Assembly: GCA_964016885.1 (NCBI GenBank)
Contig: OZ024753.1
Location: 31,434,001 to 31,498,000, forward strand
DNA from: Eledone cirrhosa
Lineage: Eukaryota
DNA: 64,000 nucleotides
Reading direction: 5' to 3'
Positions 38,694-50,831 of the stretch are shown here, one piece after another (position 1 is the stretch's first letter; every line of letters begins with the position of its first letter). The notes under the pieces were generated by a model. That model did not search any database, had not been told where the DNA came from, and saw nothing but the letters and a program-made list of their open reading frames with translations. The position numbers and the translations under genes were made by a program.

Positions 38694-38748
38694 GTTGGTG
38701 GTAAAGAGAAAAGGCACTTACCTCTCTGCGTCCCGGGAAACGGGCCGC

Positions 38749-40379
38749 TCAATTTCCATGCTGGTTGGGGATTGGTTGTTGGGTGGGGTGGTGGTTTGTG
38801 GAAGTGAAGGGGCATCGGTATGTTGTGGGGTTGGGGTGTTTGTCGTTGAGTGGGTGTCTGGGTGGGGTGGGGGGTGGGGGGGGGGGGGGGGGGGTGACAT
38901 TTTTTAGGAGGACGCGGTTGATTGGTTTGGCGCAGGGGGGGCCCACGTCCTCCGTGAAATTTATTTTCAGTGTTTTGTACAAGTGCATTGGGACTTTTAT
39001 CATTTTCAAATGAGGTAGTCCCACAGCAGTTATAAAGTTTGGCCCTTCAGTTTGGACCGAAGGGTTTGCTGAAATTGTTTTCCGTAATTCTTTGTTGTCT
39101 GTGTTCATGTATGTGTATTGTAAGGTCTTTTTTTGTGTAGCAGTTAGTGTTGTGTGACAGGGAGGGGTGGTTTGTGTGTAGTTTGTGTTCTCTTGGGGGG
39201 GATTAAAGTTAACATGTGTGTCTGTGGTGCGTCTCCTCTTCTTTCTTTTTACTTGTTGGAAGGGATCTTTTTCGTCTTGCGACGAAAGAGGTTCGTCTTC
39301 CTTGTTGGGTGGGAGGGGTATGTTTTCTGGTAGTGTTTGCGGTGTGCGTGTTTTTGTATTTGTTTTGGGTGGGGAGGGATTGGGTGGGACTGTATTCTGT
39401 GTTATTTTTTCACGTGTTTGTTGTTGTTGTTGTTGTGGTGGTGGTGGTGGGGTTGTTGGTTTTTGTTGTTGTTGTGGTTGTTTTTGTTGTTGTAGTTGGG
39501 GTGGTGTTGGTGTTGGTAGCAGTGTTTTTTTCTGTGTGAGTTGGGGACAGGCAGCCCTCAGGTGACCTCTATTGCCACAGAGGTAACAGGAGGGACGCCT
39601 ACCCTCCACAATAATGTTGAGGTGGGTACGGTCATCCAGCATGACGCGCTCAGGGATTTGGGCGATGCGTTCTGGCCTTATTTGGGTCAGAACTTCGAGG
39701 CTCGTTCCACTGAACGCGTCGCCGGATGCCTTCCCTATTGAGATGAGGTTGTCCTCGTCTAAATTGAGGAAACCGGTTAGTAACCACCAGTAGTTTATGT
39801 TTGGGGTGATGGTGGTTATCCATATCCTCTGGGTTTTTTTACCCATGTAGGTGGGGAAGAAGGTGTAGTGTGTGGACCGAATTGGCGACACAGAGTATTT
39901 TTTTGCCGCCAATTCGTCTTTCATCAATATGGATAAACTCCCATAGAGTTTATCCTTTTGTATGAAAGTGATGTCTCTCATCGCGTCTTTCAAGACTAAC
40001 TGAGTTTCCGCTTGAGATGGTTGCGCTGGTTTCTTTGTTTTATTTAAAATTGTTCGGAATACGACAGTTCGTAATTCCGTCTGTCTTTTTAGCTCCGGAG
40101 GCGAATGTATAGAAAACGATCCGTTTTCGCCAAAAGACACATATTTCTTGGCTTTTTCCAGCATTTCTTTTGCTTTTGAAATATCTTCCAGCACATAAGC
40201 GACTGATAATTTAGCCGTTTGTGCAAAAGATATTTTGTTTTCGTTTTGGATATTAGTATTGTTTTGTTTCTCGTCGTTTGAGTTGTTTTCATCTTTGTTG
40301 TTGTTGTTGTCTTTCTCGTTTCGTGTGTGGATACTTGTGACGTTTGTGTTGTTGTTGTTTTTGTTGTCTTTATTGTTGC

Positions 40380-40410
<31 letters not shown>

Positions 40411-40590
40411 GTTGTTTTCAAATTCTTGTGTAGTTGTGGCTACATCTAGTGGTCGGTCAACAGGTGAAGACAATTCTTCCTCTCTCTGACCTCTGCCTTT
40501 GGCATCTGCTGCTGTGACAGTGGCAGGGAGAAGCTGTGAGTATGACTTCCCCTTTCCTTCTTTGATTGATGGTGAAGATGCTTCAGCCAT
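38749..40590 (-). CDS. LINE ORF1 (gag-like nucleic-acid-binding protein with zinc knuckle)
   Basis: ATG at 40590; CYLCGNRGHLRAAC (CX2CX4HX4C); N-, Q- and P-rich tracts; basic KRKKRRR; lies upstream of ORF2. Confidence 0.85.
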
Positions 40591-40730
40591 TTTTCTCAAA
40601 ATAGGGTTTTTCGAAGTTTTTCCAAAGATAAAATGTTCACAATACTATTTCGCCCAAAGGCGCAGAATATTTTGAGAGACCGACCAGATCAAAATTTGAC
40701 CTGGCAGTCCCTCTACAAAATGGTACAAAA

Positions 40731-41195
40731 TATATGGGTGTATGCATATATGTATGTATGTGTGTGTACGTGTGTATGTATATATATATATGTGTGTACG
40801 TATGTATGTATGTGTATGTGTTTCTATGTATGTATGTATATATCTCGAATTGTGTATACGTGTGTATGCATATATGGGTGTATGCCTATATGTATGTATG
40901 TGTGTGTGTACGTATGTATGTATATATATGTGTGTGTACGTATGTATGTATGTGTATGTGTTTCTATGTATGTATATATCTCGAATTGTGTATACGTGTG
41001 TATGCATATATGTATGTGTGTGTGTACGTATGTATGTATATATATGTGTGTACGTATGTATGTATGTGTATGTGTTTCTATGTATGTATATATCTTGAAT
41101 TGTGTATACGAGTGTATGCATATATCTCGAATTGTGTATACGTGTGTATGCATATATCTCGAATTGTGTATACGTGTGTATCATATATGGGTGTA
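40731..41195. repeat. Degenerate minisatellite (tatatctcgaattgtgtatacgtgtgtatgca units in TG/TA repeats)
   Basis: Motif recurs at least 5 times. Confidence 0.85.
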
Positions 41196-41485
41196 TTTGA
41201 GGTAAAACCCATACACATTAGGAGCGTATAACACCGTAGCAGAGTAATGAGCTGCGAATTTGTTTAAATATTTCATGGTTATATAGTTTGACTGGAATTG
41301 TAACTGAGATTTCATAGACAGATTATGATTAGTGCGTTCAGTTCCAGTGATTTAACAATGATTGAAGAGCCATCGAGACTTCACAATTGGACGAACGTCC
41401 TCGCGATGTTGGCACAGATACAACTCTGAGGAATAGAATAACAAAATGACGAATAGCTCAGTAGTCATTTGTGTAACTTCAAAAC

Positions 41486-41536
<51 letters not shown>

Positions 41537-41649
41537 TGTGTGTGTATGTATACATATATATATGTATGTCTGTGTTTATTTAAAATGTGTTTGTATATGT
41601 ATGTGTGTGAATGTATATTTGTCTGTATGTATGCGTATATATATACACA

Positions 41650-41687
<38 letters not shown>

Positions 41688-41691
41688 CCTA

Positions 41692-41729
<38 letters not shown>

Positions 41730-41765
41730 CCTATGCATATATATATATACATATATATAGATATG

Positions 41766-41958
41766 CACCACCACCACCACCACTCGTCGACTACTGTCGA
41801 GATGATGGATCTCACTCTCATGCCCCACAATCCCCTGTCCACTATCACTGCCCCAGGTCCTGTCTACTGATTCCCGTATCCCTAGAGATAACGTCAGGGA
41901 ATGACAGCTTCCTACTCCTAGTCAGGCTGGAGTCAGGGTTCCAGAGCAAGAGAGCGGA
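41766..41958 (-). mobile_element. Severely 5'-truncated RTE/RTE-X-like LINE 3' end with (TGG)n tail
   Basis: Minus strand LLLWNP...[13 protein letters not shown]...DRGLW (one frameshift); putative TSD gatatgcac at 41760-41768 and 41957-41965. Confidence 0.6.
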
Positions 41959-42012
41959 TATGCACATACATATGTAAATACATATATACACATAAATATA
42001 TATGTGTGTCTA

Positions 42013-42056
<44 letters not shown>

Positions 42057-42308
42057 TATATATATATATATGTGTGTGTGTAAAGTGACTAAAGAACATG
42101 TTGATGGATTTGGATGCGCTGTCAGAGGTCAGTCTACAGAGATCCCATCTGCTGACTTTTACACACGATGCATTGATCCGAGTACGGTTATAGTTGAAAT
42201 TACTAACACGAACGTGCCACACAGTGATTGCAACGAAAACACAGCCATGCACCGCATATGTGTGTGTGTCTTTGTGTTTTATGTACATACACTCACGCAC
42301 ATACATAC

Positions 42309-42342
<34 letters not shown>

Positions 42343-42909
42343 CTATATATACAGTCGTGTTTACGAAATTAACTGACGTTTTATGGTGTCTAACGAAAAC
42401 AAATTGAATTGATTACTGATATATCAGCTCCCTGAATGAAGCAAGAAACGGATTCTTCAATCAGGGTGCTTTCTTTTAGAATTTATTTAGTGCGGGAGCA
42501 ACAGGGGCCGAAATAAACCCTGTTTGCCCTGGTACCCCCTGAAACAAGGCCGTTGTATATAGGTATATGTAAAGGTTAAACTCAGAATTGTTCGAATTTT
42601 ATTATATTCCAATCTCTGCTAATGTATATATACATATATTATTCAGAATATTAATAAATGAAGACATTCACATAATCAAAATATATGTTTTATTATATAT
42701 ATTTCGAAGTACTGTGTTGTTTTTTCAGTACGTCCACGTCAGATAAAATACAAGAATTGATGTATGACATACCTCAACGGTCTTGATAGTTCTATTCCAG
42801 TATTGGGCTGAAAATCAGAGAGTGAGAGATGCCCAAGACGAGAAGGTGGCTAAACATTAGCAGTTGGATTTTAGTCTTCAAATTTATTATTATTACTATA
42901 TATATATAT

Positions 42910-43115
42910 AACGAAGGAGATGTGGTAAGGAACCTGATGGACCATAACGCACCAGAGTACTCAATACTTAGGGTAGTAGAGTGGGTAATAGGAAAAGGTA
43001 TGACCCCGACGGCCGAGCTCAAGCCGTTTCGACGGCTATTTCTGGACTAAATTTAGTCCAGAAATAGACGTCGAAACGGCTTGAGCTCTGCCGCCGGGGT
43101 CATACTTTTTCCTAT
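42910..43115 (-). mobile_element. Fold-back half-hammerhead family F2, nested in the centre of another inverted repeat (42805-42905 / 43115-43212)
   Basis: Palindrome centred at ~43051 (ctaaatttag); homologous to 9308-9513. Confidence 0.8.
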
Positions 43116-43252
43116 ATATATAGTAATAATAATACATTTGAAGACTAAAATCCAACTGCTAATGTTTGGCCGCATTCTCGTCTTGGGAATCTCTCTCTCG
43201 GCTTTTCAGCCCCTTAGATTGTGTCTATTATATTCCTTTGTTAAATTTCGGA

Positions 43253-43310
43253 ATACCTGATGATGTCACTAGATTCATACTGAACCCAGTCATTGAAATG
43301 TTCATAGTAT
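43253..43310 (+). ncRNA. Type I hammerhead motif with imperfect helix II
   Basis: ATAC-CTGATGA-...-GAAA-TGTTCA-TA-GTAT followed by AATAAA. Confidence 0.6.
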
Positions 43311-43684
43311 AATAAACCTTTAAGGAATTACACCAGTCCAGCCTCTTGTTATTTTATAATATATATATATATATATATAAAGGAAATATGTTTGGAACGC
43401 GCCAAGCAATGTCTTAGAATCGAGATAGAAATTGTTTTGTCCCCGTAATATTGACTACATAGTACACTTTAAAAATGGGGCGTATACACCCACTGAAGGG
43501 GAAAAGATGGGTATCAGCACACATGGTAGAAATAGAGAGAGGAAGTGGGAAAGAGATACAGCGGAGAAATCTTCCTTCAGGACGCGAAAAAGCGTCCGTA
43601 CCAAGTGATGTTGATTGCCATCATGTCATTTTAAAACGTTCGTTGCCAGGTGGTCCTTGGGCAATCCTTTCTTCTGTTTACTTG

Positions 43685-43761
<77 letters not shown>

Positions 43762-43800
43762 CTCTCTCTCATATATATATTCAGTAAAATAATAGATTAA

Positions 43801-43851
43801 AGTTTAAGCAATGAATCGCTGCTTTCACCCTTAACGGGATCTTCTGAAACT
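43801..43851 (-). ncRNA. Hammerhead motif, CAGAAGA (U4A) core variant
   Basis: AGTTT-CAGAAGA-T-CCC-gttaa-GGG-T-GAAA-GCAgcgattcatTGC-TT-AAACT; second copy at 57456-57506. Confidence 0.55.
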
Positions 43852-43925
43852 AATATATATATATATATATATATATACAAAGAATCAAAAAGAAAGAAAG
43901 ATGCAGTAAAAGAGATTTATTCGGT

Positions 43926-44040
43926 TCTAACGTACGTTTCAATAGACATCAATTTGCCTAGATCTCGCTGCATCTATAATATTATATAGTTAGTAGAGCA
44001 TTCGACATCCAATGCACAATTGATTCCATATCATCAGAGA
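43926..44040 (-). ncRNA. Hammerhead motif with a long (~95 nt) helix II domain
   Basis: TCT-CTGATGA-TATGGAATCAATT...AATTGATGTCTATT-GAAA-CGTACG-TT-AGA. Confidence 0.6.
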
Positions 44041-44058
44041 TTATGTTTACCGTATCAG

Positions 44059-44242
44059 GGTGGTGGATTGGCAGTATCGGTAGAGGGTTTGACGCCATGC
44101 TTTCCAGCATAGTTACGTCCCTTTACGATCTGAGTTCAAATCCCGCCGAGGTTTACTTTGCCTTTCATCCTTACAGGGTCGATAAAATAAAGTACCAGTA
44201 ATGCACTGGATAATTGCTGGCCTTGTGCCTAAAGTAGAAACA
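44059..44242 (+). mobile_element. S1 SINE, full length, with 19-bp TSD
   Basis: attatgtttaccgtatcag at 44040-44058 and 44243-44261; empty site in the other PLE arm (~45820-45837). Confidence 0.95.
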
Positions 44243-44775
44243 ATTATGTTTACCGTATCAGAATGTTCAGGTTTTTATAGGAATTCATGTGAAGTTGAAG
44301 TAGAGAAGAAGGAGGATGTGACAAAGACGAGAGAGATAGGGGGGTTTTTCATGGTTGTTGAGGTAAAACAGAGGGGAGGATAAAATACGATAATGAAGTC
44401 TAGATATGGACTAGTCCAACTGTGTGTGTGCTAGGGAGATGGTAGACGTTGATAGGTTTATGATCTATGATAGATGGAGCCAGGGGGGATTAGGCCGAGT
44501 GTCTTATAAAGTATGTAGGAGGAGATGTTGAATAGGGGAGATGTGGTCAATAGAAGGCATAGCAATAATCCATGGGGACAGATAGAGGAGGTAGAAGGAA
44601 GATAGAGGAAAGCAGAAGTCGCAGGATCAAATCAAGCCAAGTTTGTATTTCGAGAACGTAGCCTTGAGTCTGTGATTGCAATATAGTGTCCTTTCCGTTC
44701 TGTTGTTGAGAAGAGTATAATTCGATTTTAGTATGTAAAATAGCTCCATATTGCATAATCGGCAGTAAGGCTGCA

Positions 44776-45453
44776 CATCGATACGCTAAAATACTAAATC
44801 TAAGGTCCATTAAGCTTTCATATTCTACAGCACCCAATCTCGATCTAATTATTAAAAAACTTAACTCCAAACGATTAGTCAGCACATCCACACGAAGCAC
44901 CCCAAACTACATTAACACTTCCTCAAACTCTCAACCACTGAATGTAAACCCTCCTGCAGCAGACACACATATAAACCTAACGCAACCTGTACAAGATAAT
45001 GATACTATAAGAGCTGATAAGTGCAACTGCAACCTACCTGATCGTTGCCCTCTGAATAACAAATGCATGGAATCCAATATGCTGTATCAATGCACCGTTA
45101 AATCGGATAACCGGAGATGGCACTATATCGGCTGTACCTCTACCAGTTTTAAATCTCGTTGGTTCCAACACCGTAGTTCGATGAATAACATCAAATACCG
45201 TTCCGTAACTACCTTAGCCAATACAATTTGGCAGTTGCGCGAAAGTAACCTGCAATACACTTTGAAATGGACAAAACTCTCTAGTGCTTCCGCATATCGT
45301 GCAGGCCAGCCTTACTGCCGATTATGCAATATGGAGCTATTTTACATACTAAAATCGAATTATACTCTTCTCAACAACAGAACGGAAAGGACTCTATATT
45401 GCAATCACAGACTCAAGGCTACGTTCTCGAAATACAAACCTGGCTTGATTTGA
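44776..45453 (+). CDS. PLE C-terminal fragment: thumb/linker plus GIY-YIG endonuclease (5'-truncated)
   Basis: Open frame IKLSYSTAPN...CNC...CPLNNKC...MLYQCTV...HYIGCTSTSFKSRWFQH...CRLCNME...CNH. Confidence 0.85.
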   Translation, partial: HRYAKILNLRSIKLSYSTAPNLDLIIKKLNSKRLVSTSTRSTPNYINTSSNSQPLNVNPPAADTHINLTQPVQDNDTIRADKCNCNLPDRCPLNNKCMESNMLYQCTVKSDNRRWHYIGCTSTSFKSRWFQHRSSMNNIKYRSVTTLANTIWQLRESNLQYTLKWTKLSSASAYRAGQPYCRLCNMELFYILKSNYTLLNNRTERTLYCNHRLKATFSKYKPGLI

Positions 45454-46139
45454 TCCTGCGACTTCTGCTTTCCTCTATCTTCCTTCTACCTCCTCTATCT
45501 ATCCCCATGGATTATTGCTATGCCTTCTATTGACCACATCTCCCCTATTCAACATCTCCTCCTACATACTTTACAAGACACTCGGCCTAATCTCCCCTGG
45601 CTCCATCTATCATAGATCATAAACCTATCAACGTCTACCATCTCCCTAGCACACGCACAGTTGGACTAGTCCATATCTAGACTTCATTATCGTATTTTAT
45701 CCTCCTCTCTGTTTTACCTCAACAACCATGAACCCCCCCCCCATCTCTCTCGTCTTTGTCACATCCTCCTTCTTCTCTACTTCAACTTCACATGAATTCC
45801 TATAAAAACCTGAACATTCTAATACGGTAAACATAATCTCTGATATGGAATCAATTGTGCATTGGATGTCGAATGCTCTACTAACTATATAATATTATAG
45901 ATGCAGCGAGATCTAGGCAAATTGATGTCTATTGAAACGTACGTTAGAACCGAATAAATCTCTTTTACTGCATCTTTCTGTTCTTTTTGATTCTTTATAC
46001 ACGCCCCGGAGTATAGCTAAACTGGAATATACACCTATTTTCTGCATTTCGTTGAGCACCACTCTGTTGTAAGCTGACCTTCCCCTACACGGTACATAAC
46101 ACTGTGTCCTGGAAAACCTTAATGCACTCGTGCATAACC

Positions 46140-46173
<34 letters not shown>

Positions 46174-47215
46174 GCATATATAGACACCAGCATATTGATT
46201 GGAATATAATACAAATCCAATAATTCATGTTTCCGAGGGTGAGTTAAACCTTTGCTATAAAACATATATCTAAACTCTATTTATTTCCTAGACTAATGTC
46301 CAGATACAATGAGGAAAACACATCATACAGAAATAATTATAACGTCACAGCATTTTGACGCAAATGTTTATTTCCGCTAAAAAAAACTTGGCAATATTTC
46401 TATTTTCAGGTGCATTATTATATCTAGTTCCAATTCTGGCAATATGTGCCAGCTGGTATACTAGTTGGAAATAAATATTGATAGCGGAAGTTCAATTGCC
46501 ATTTGTTTGAATCTAAAAAAGCATTTTCAGCAACAACTGACAAAGACCTCTAAATTGAGCTATAAAAGTGTTGAAATCACTTGATTTATATTGATGCTGC
46601 TGTTGATGTTTAATCGAATGCCATCCTTGACTAAATCAGTTACAATTCTCCTTAATTTGAGGGATAATGTATGTAGAAGTGCAGTATCTTTCTTTATTAA
46701 AACCCTTCGCGTAAGATATATGAACGGTTTGGCTGCTATTTCCAGCAGGTTGTGTAATTGTTTAGTTCCAGTCGTAATAACATAAATGTTTTATTCAGCA
46801 TTACATTACGCAAATTTCATTCTATTTGTCACTTCCATGCTTCAACCTCAGAATCTAAAATTCCATTTAGTTTAAGAATCTCTCCATTCAATGTTAGAAC
46901 TGGAATTTATGTATTCGTTTTTCTGTCTACTAAATTACTTGATAATCTAAATGAACAATAATAAAGAATTTAAAATATATTCATATGCAAATCTATTTCA
47001 CTTCACTTCAATGCTTACACCGGTTACATATTACATCACACTATAGTTATAGCTCGCGCACAGAAATGTGTGTGTGTATATATGTATATATATATATATA
47101 GTTTATATATATATATAAATAATGAATGTGGTGACCCCTATATGTGGAATAGCTGTAGCAATTATTCACAAACACACACACATATATACCAAGCGTGAAC
47201 CTAATATAACTGTAC

Positions 47216-47256
47216 ATTTGCAAATTGACATCCTGGGTTTTGTTTGTTTCATTCAT

Positions 47257-47304
<48 letters not shown>

Positions 47305-47381
47305 GGGTATCCCCAAATATGTATACACATTTCAACAACATTCTAAAAAACAAGTGTATATATTTTTTGGAGACACCCTGA

Positions 47382-47435
<54 letters not shown>

Positions 47436-47516
47436 TCAGGGTGTCTCCAAAAAATATATATACTTATTTATTAGAATGTTGTTGAAATGTGTATACATAT
47501 TTGGGGATACTCTGTG

Positions 47517-47552
<36 letters not shown>

Positions 47553-47593
47553 ATGAATGAAACAAACAAAACCCAGGATGTAAATTTGCAAGT
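47216..47593. repeat. Nested (TA)n-centred palindrome containing two inverted MITE copies
   Basis: Outer arms tgcaaattgacatcctggg.../...cccaggatgtaaatttgca; inner arms 47303-47380 and 47437-47514. Confidence 0.85.
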
Positions 47594-47610
47594 ATATATA
47601 TATATATATA

Positions 47611-47857
47611 TTTAAAACTGCACTATCCACAAGTGTTTTTTAACCTTCATATCATGTCTTCCTATTTTATCTGATGAAAACACTAATATTATTGTATGAT
47701 ATTTGTTTTTGAAATGCGCATAATAAAATACATGGAACTCTTTTAACCATCTTTTGTTCTTATATATTATGTATACTCCAGTCCTACAAACTGTAGAGTG
47801 CTTCTCATCCGATATCTGCATTGCTTTATTGTACTACAATAAAACTCACCTCCTACA
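47611..47857 (+). mobile_element. Family F1 element, monomeric form
   Basis: Homologous to 7898-8277; between (TA)n tracts. Confidence 0.8.
47663..47730 (+). ncRNA. Type I hammerhead ribozyme (F1, best-preserved copy)
   Basis: TATTTTAT-CTGATGA-AAACACTAATATTAT-tgt-ATGATATTTGTTTTT-GAAA-TGCGCA-TA-ATAAAATA; 8-bp helix I. Confidence 0.8.
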
Positions 47858-48237
47858 CATATATATATATATACTTCGGTTGCTTGTTAAGCGAGTTGTC
47901 TGTCTACATAGCAGGAGATTTTAAAACACATACACAAAAAGTAAAATAAAAAACGAATACGAATATGCATTTTGAAATAATTTCCCTAACGCATAAATAT
48001 TTATATTTATATTTCAATTTATTTTTTGTACAAGTCTCTCTAGTAAGCTTTTAAAATATAATTTATATTTTTTGTGAACAGTAATGAATAGATATTTTTG
48101 TCGTGAATATATATATATTTTTATGTTTTAAAACAATCACAATTTATTTGACCTTTCATTGATTTCTTTCTATTTTTTTTACTTTCGTTCAAACATTTAT
48201 TTGAATATCAAATGTTTCTAGGCGAATAAATATAATA

Positions 48238-48288
<51 letters not shown>

Positions 48289-50282
48289 TATATTTATATA
48301 TATATTGAAAACATATTGAAGAATTATTACCATTTCAACTGATTTTATTTCTGACAGCTGCATTAATGTTGAAATCATATAAAGGTAATACTGCATAGGT
48401 CAATGGCAACTTTATATTTTTTATAAGCAGTGAAAAATATTACATTAAATTATTACCGTTTTTTACAGAAAAAGAGACACGTTCTTGGCATTCGATAAAT
48501 TCCTAGTTATTATTAAATATATATCCAAAATTAAGATAAATTAAGAGTGTCATGTCAGATAGACATGCGCCATATCACCCGTAAAATATGCTCCAATATG
48601 CTAATGAATAGATCCGAGCATTTTATATCAACTAGAAATTGATATATTTATATGTCAATCAATTTCTAGTTGATATAGGTATTATTAAATCAATTAAAAC
48701 CTCCAGTTACATATTGAGATGTGATTGAAAAATTGAAAATATTGTTAGTATAATATTATTTGTACAATTTGCACAACGATGTCGAAGAAAAGATAAGCAA
48801 CTATTCAAACAATTTCATATGTGAATATGGAATGATACAAGAATGTATGAAAAGGCTCTGAGTTCACATGGAGCCAGTGAAGATGTCGTGATTGACATCA
48901 ATTTGTTTGGCCAGACCATATATATGAAATTAAAATGGCATCAAAACATGGAATCCTTTTTATATGACTGTGAAACCTCCAAATTTTATATCCACTTTTG
49001 ATTTGCCCCCTATTGAATACTATTTTTTTTTATACATATTTTTATTTTATAGATCTGAATAATATTGTTTTATGTTAAAAATGTAGACCATGTCTTCGAT
49101 TTCTTTCCATAGTTAAGATTGCTATGGAGCTAAAATTGAAACAGATCATGGCAAGCAGAACAAGATCATAGATAATCTGTTTACATTTACCTGTTCTTAT
49201 ATTGAGGTTAACTATTATATATTTCAACATTACAGTTCATTGAATTTATGGGATGGTTTACCTGCATATCAACCGTAACATTGATACTTTATTATTCACA
49301 CAAAATCACATTTCTCAGGGCTGCAATCGCACCACCGAGAAACATAAATCATGTAAGGTTACAGGTTTTCCGAACAGCGAACATTGCATGATTGATGATA
49401 TTAGCGATAACTTTATACCACCTATGTAGATTAGAAAGTTATAAAATCAGGCAAACACATTTATTAAATATACATTGCAAATAGATGAAGTATGCAATGT
49501 TTTCCCTGACAACCTATTCAGGTATGGCATTTTTTAGACCGATTATTATTAACTTGTAACAATGTCGTTTAATCAATGTTTAAATGTACGTTACATGTAA
49601 TTACAGATTATCAGAATGAAGCACCTGTTTCCAGCGTGTAATTATAGGGAATAAATCGCATCGTTAAATACAACTATTATTTAATTTTAATTGTGCTTCA
49701 GAACACCGTTTATCATTTGACACTGTATGTTGGCAGACATCGATATCTCTATAGATAATTGATTCAATTATTTAGATACTGTTCACATACAGCATATATC
49801 AACATCAGATATTTGACATACCATGCTAATGAATTAAAAGAAATTGTGCAAATTAACTTATACGCAAATATCATCCATGATAGTAGTAATCTCCAGGTTA
49901 AGATGTATTAATGTTGTATATTTCAACGTAGAAGAGTTAATTAACAATATATACGTAACCTTGAAACTTAAAGAACCTTCTCAAACGTTGTAGTGATCAA
50001 ATGTGTTAAACATTTCCATCAGTTTGTAATAACACTTTTATTAGATTCCTGACACCCCATACTGTCTTACGAAATGTCAATAATAAAAACGGGATTATTA
50101 GATTTTAAATATAATCTCAAAGAGAATCATGTTTAATAAATAATCAGATAAAACTACTCTTCACTTCAAATATTTAGGAGCTAAAGAGAGACAGAGATGA
50201 GTAATATTATATACTTAGTTTGGCGTGGCTGTTTTGTTAAAAAGGAATTCTGTTCGAATGTACTACGTTACATTTTGGAAAT

Positions 50283-50319
<37 letters not shown>

Positions 50320-50361
50320 CGATAGTTGATCGACTTTCGTCAAATCGGACCGGGGAAATTA

Positions 50362-50518
50362 TGTTTACATTGGTTTTTCCAATTGCTAATGCTATCTATC
50401 CAGGTAGGAGCAACGTGAAATACAGTGTCTTGCTCAAGGACATAATGCATCGCCTGGTCCGTGAATCGAACTCACAATGTCACGACTGCGAATCCAATTC
50501 TCTAACCACTCAGCCAGG
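50362..50518 (-). repeat. 157-bp segment (CORE-like tRNA SINE head) duplicated at 52238-52394
   Basis: Apparently identical copies; gtgtcttgctcaaggaca, gaatcgaactc (B-box on the minus strand), ctaaccactcagcca. Confidence 0.85.
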
Positions 50519-50831
50519 CGCCTCCACTCTGTGTGTGTGTGTGTGTGTGTTCGAAGACATTGAACAATATGGTACACAATAGAAGCGAACATACAATCAA
50601 GTAGTAATGAAGTAAACACCCTAACCACATGACGATGTCTTCAGCTAAGTAGCATATATTCTAATCTCTTTTGTTTGTCTTGAATTTGAATTTTGTCGAC
50701 GTACGCAATATTTATTCACAATATTTATGATATACATTTCATTCCTCTCTTGAAGTTTCTCTGCAAACTTGCACCGTTCAATATAAAGTGATGTATCAAA
50801 CAATGACACCGTCTTGACTAATATTTTAATC

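Larger units (their letters stand above)
34994..40690 (-). mobile_element. Full-length L1/Tx1-clade LINE
   Basis: Two long ORFs; 3' UTR ending AATAAAAGAAA (tttatt at 35000-35005); 5' boundary is approximate; no TSD identified. Confidence 0.9.
43879..46142 (+). mobile_element. 5'-truncated PLE (Neptune/Nematis-like) with inverted pseudo-LTR
   Basis: Inverted arms 43879-44773 (with SINE insert) and 45307-45996; GIY-YIG coding core; (TA)n flanks. Confidence 0.88.

Noticed and set aside
35573-40489. Short overlapping and antisense ORFs within the LINE (likewise 27239-29359 in the PLE)
   Set aside because: Shadow frames of GC-rich coding sequence with no motifs
40695-40725. U1 snRNA-like words (acctggcag; gggactgc) at the LINE 5' flank and U2-like cttatc..taatatct at the 3' flank
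   Set aside because: Matches are too short and inconsistent between the two ends to support an snRNA target
41420-41470. CTGAGGA...GAAT-AGCTC hammerhead-like string
   Set aside because: No helix II pairing and GAAA is absent
44059-44150. tRNA gene suggested by A/B boxes in SINE heads
   Set aside because: No cloverleaf; the boxes belong to a dispersed SINE with a fixed core and tail
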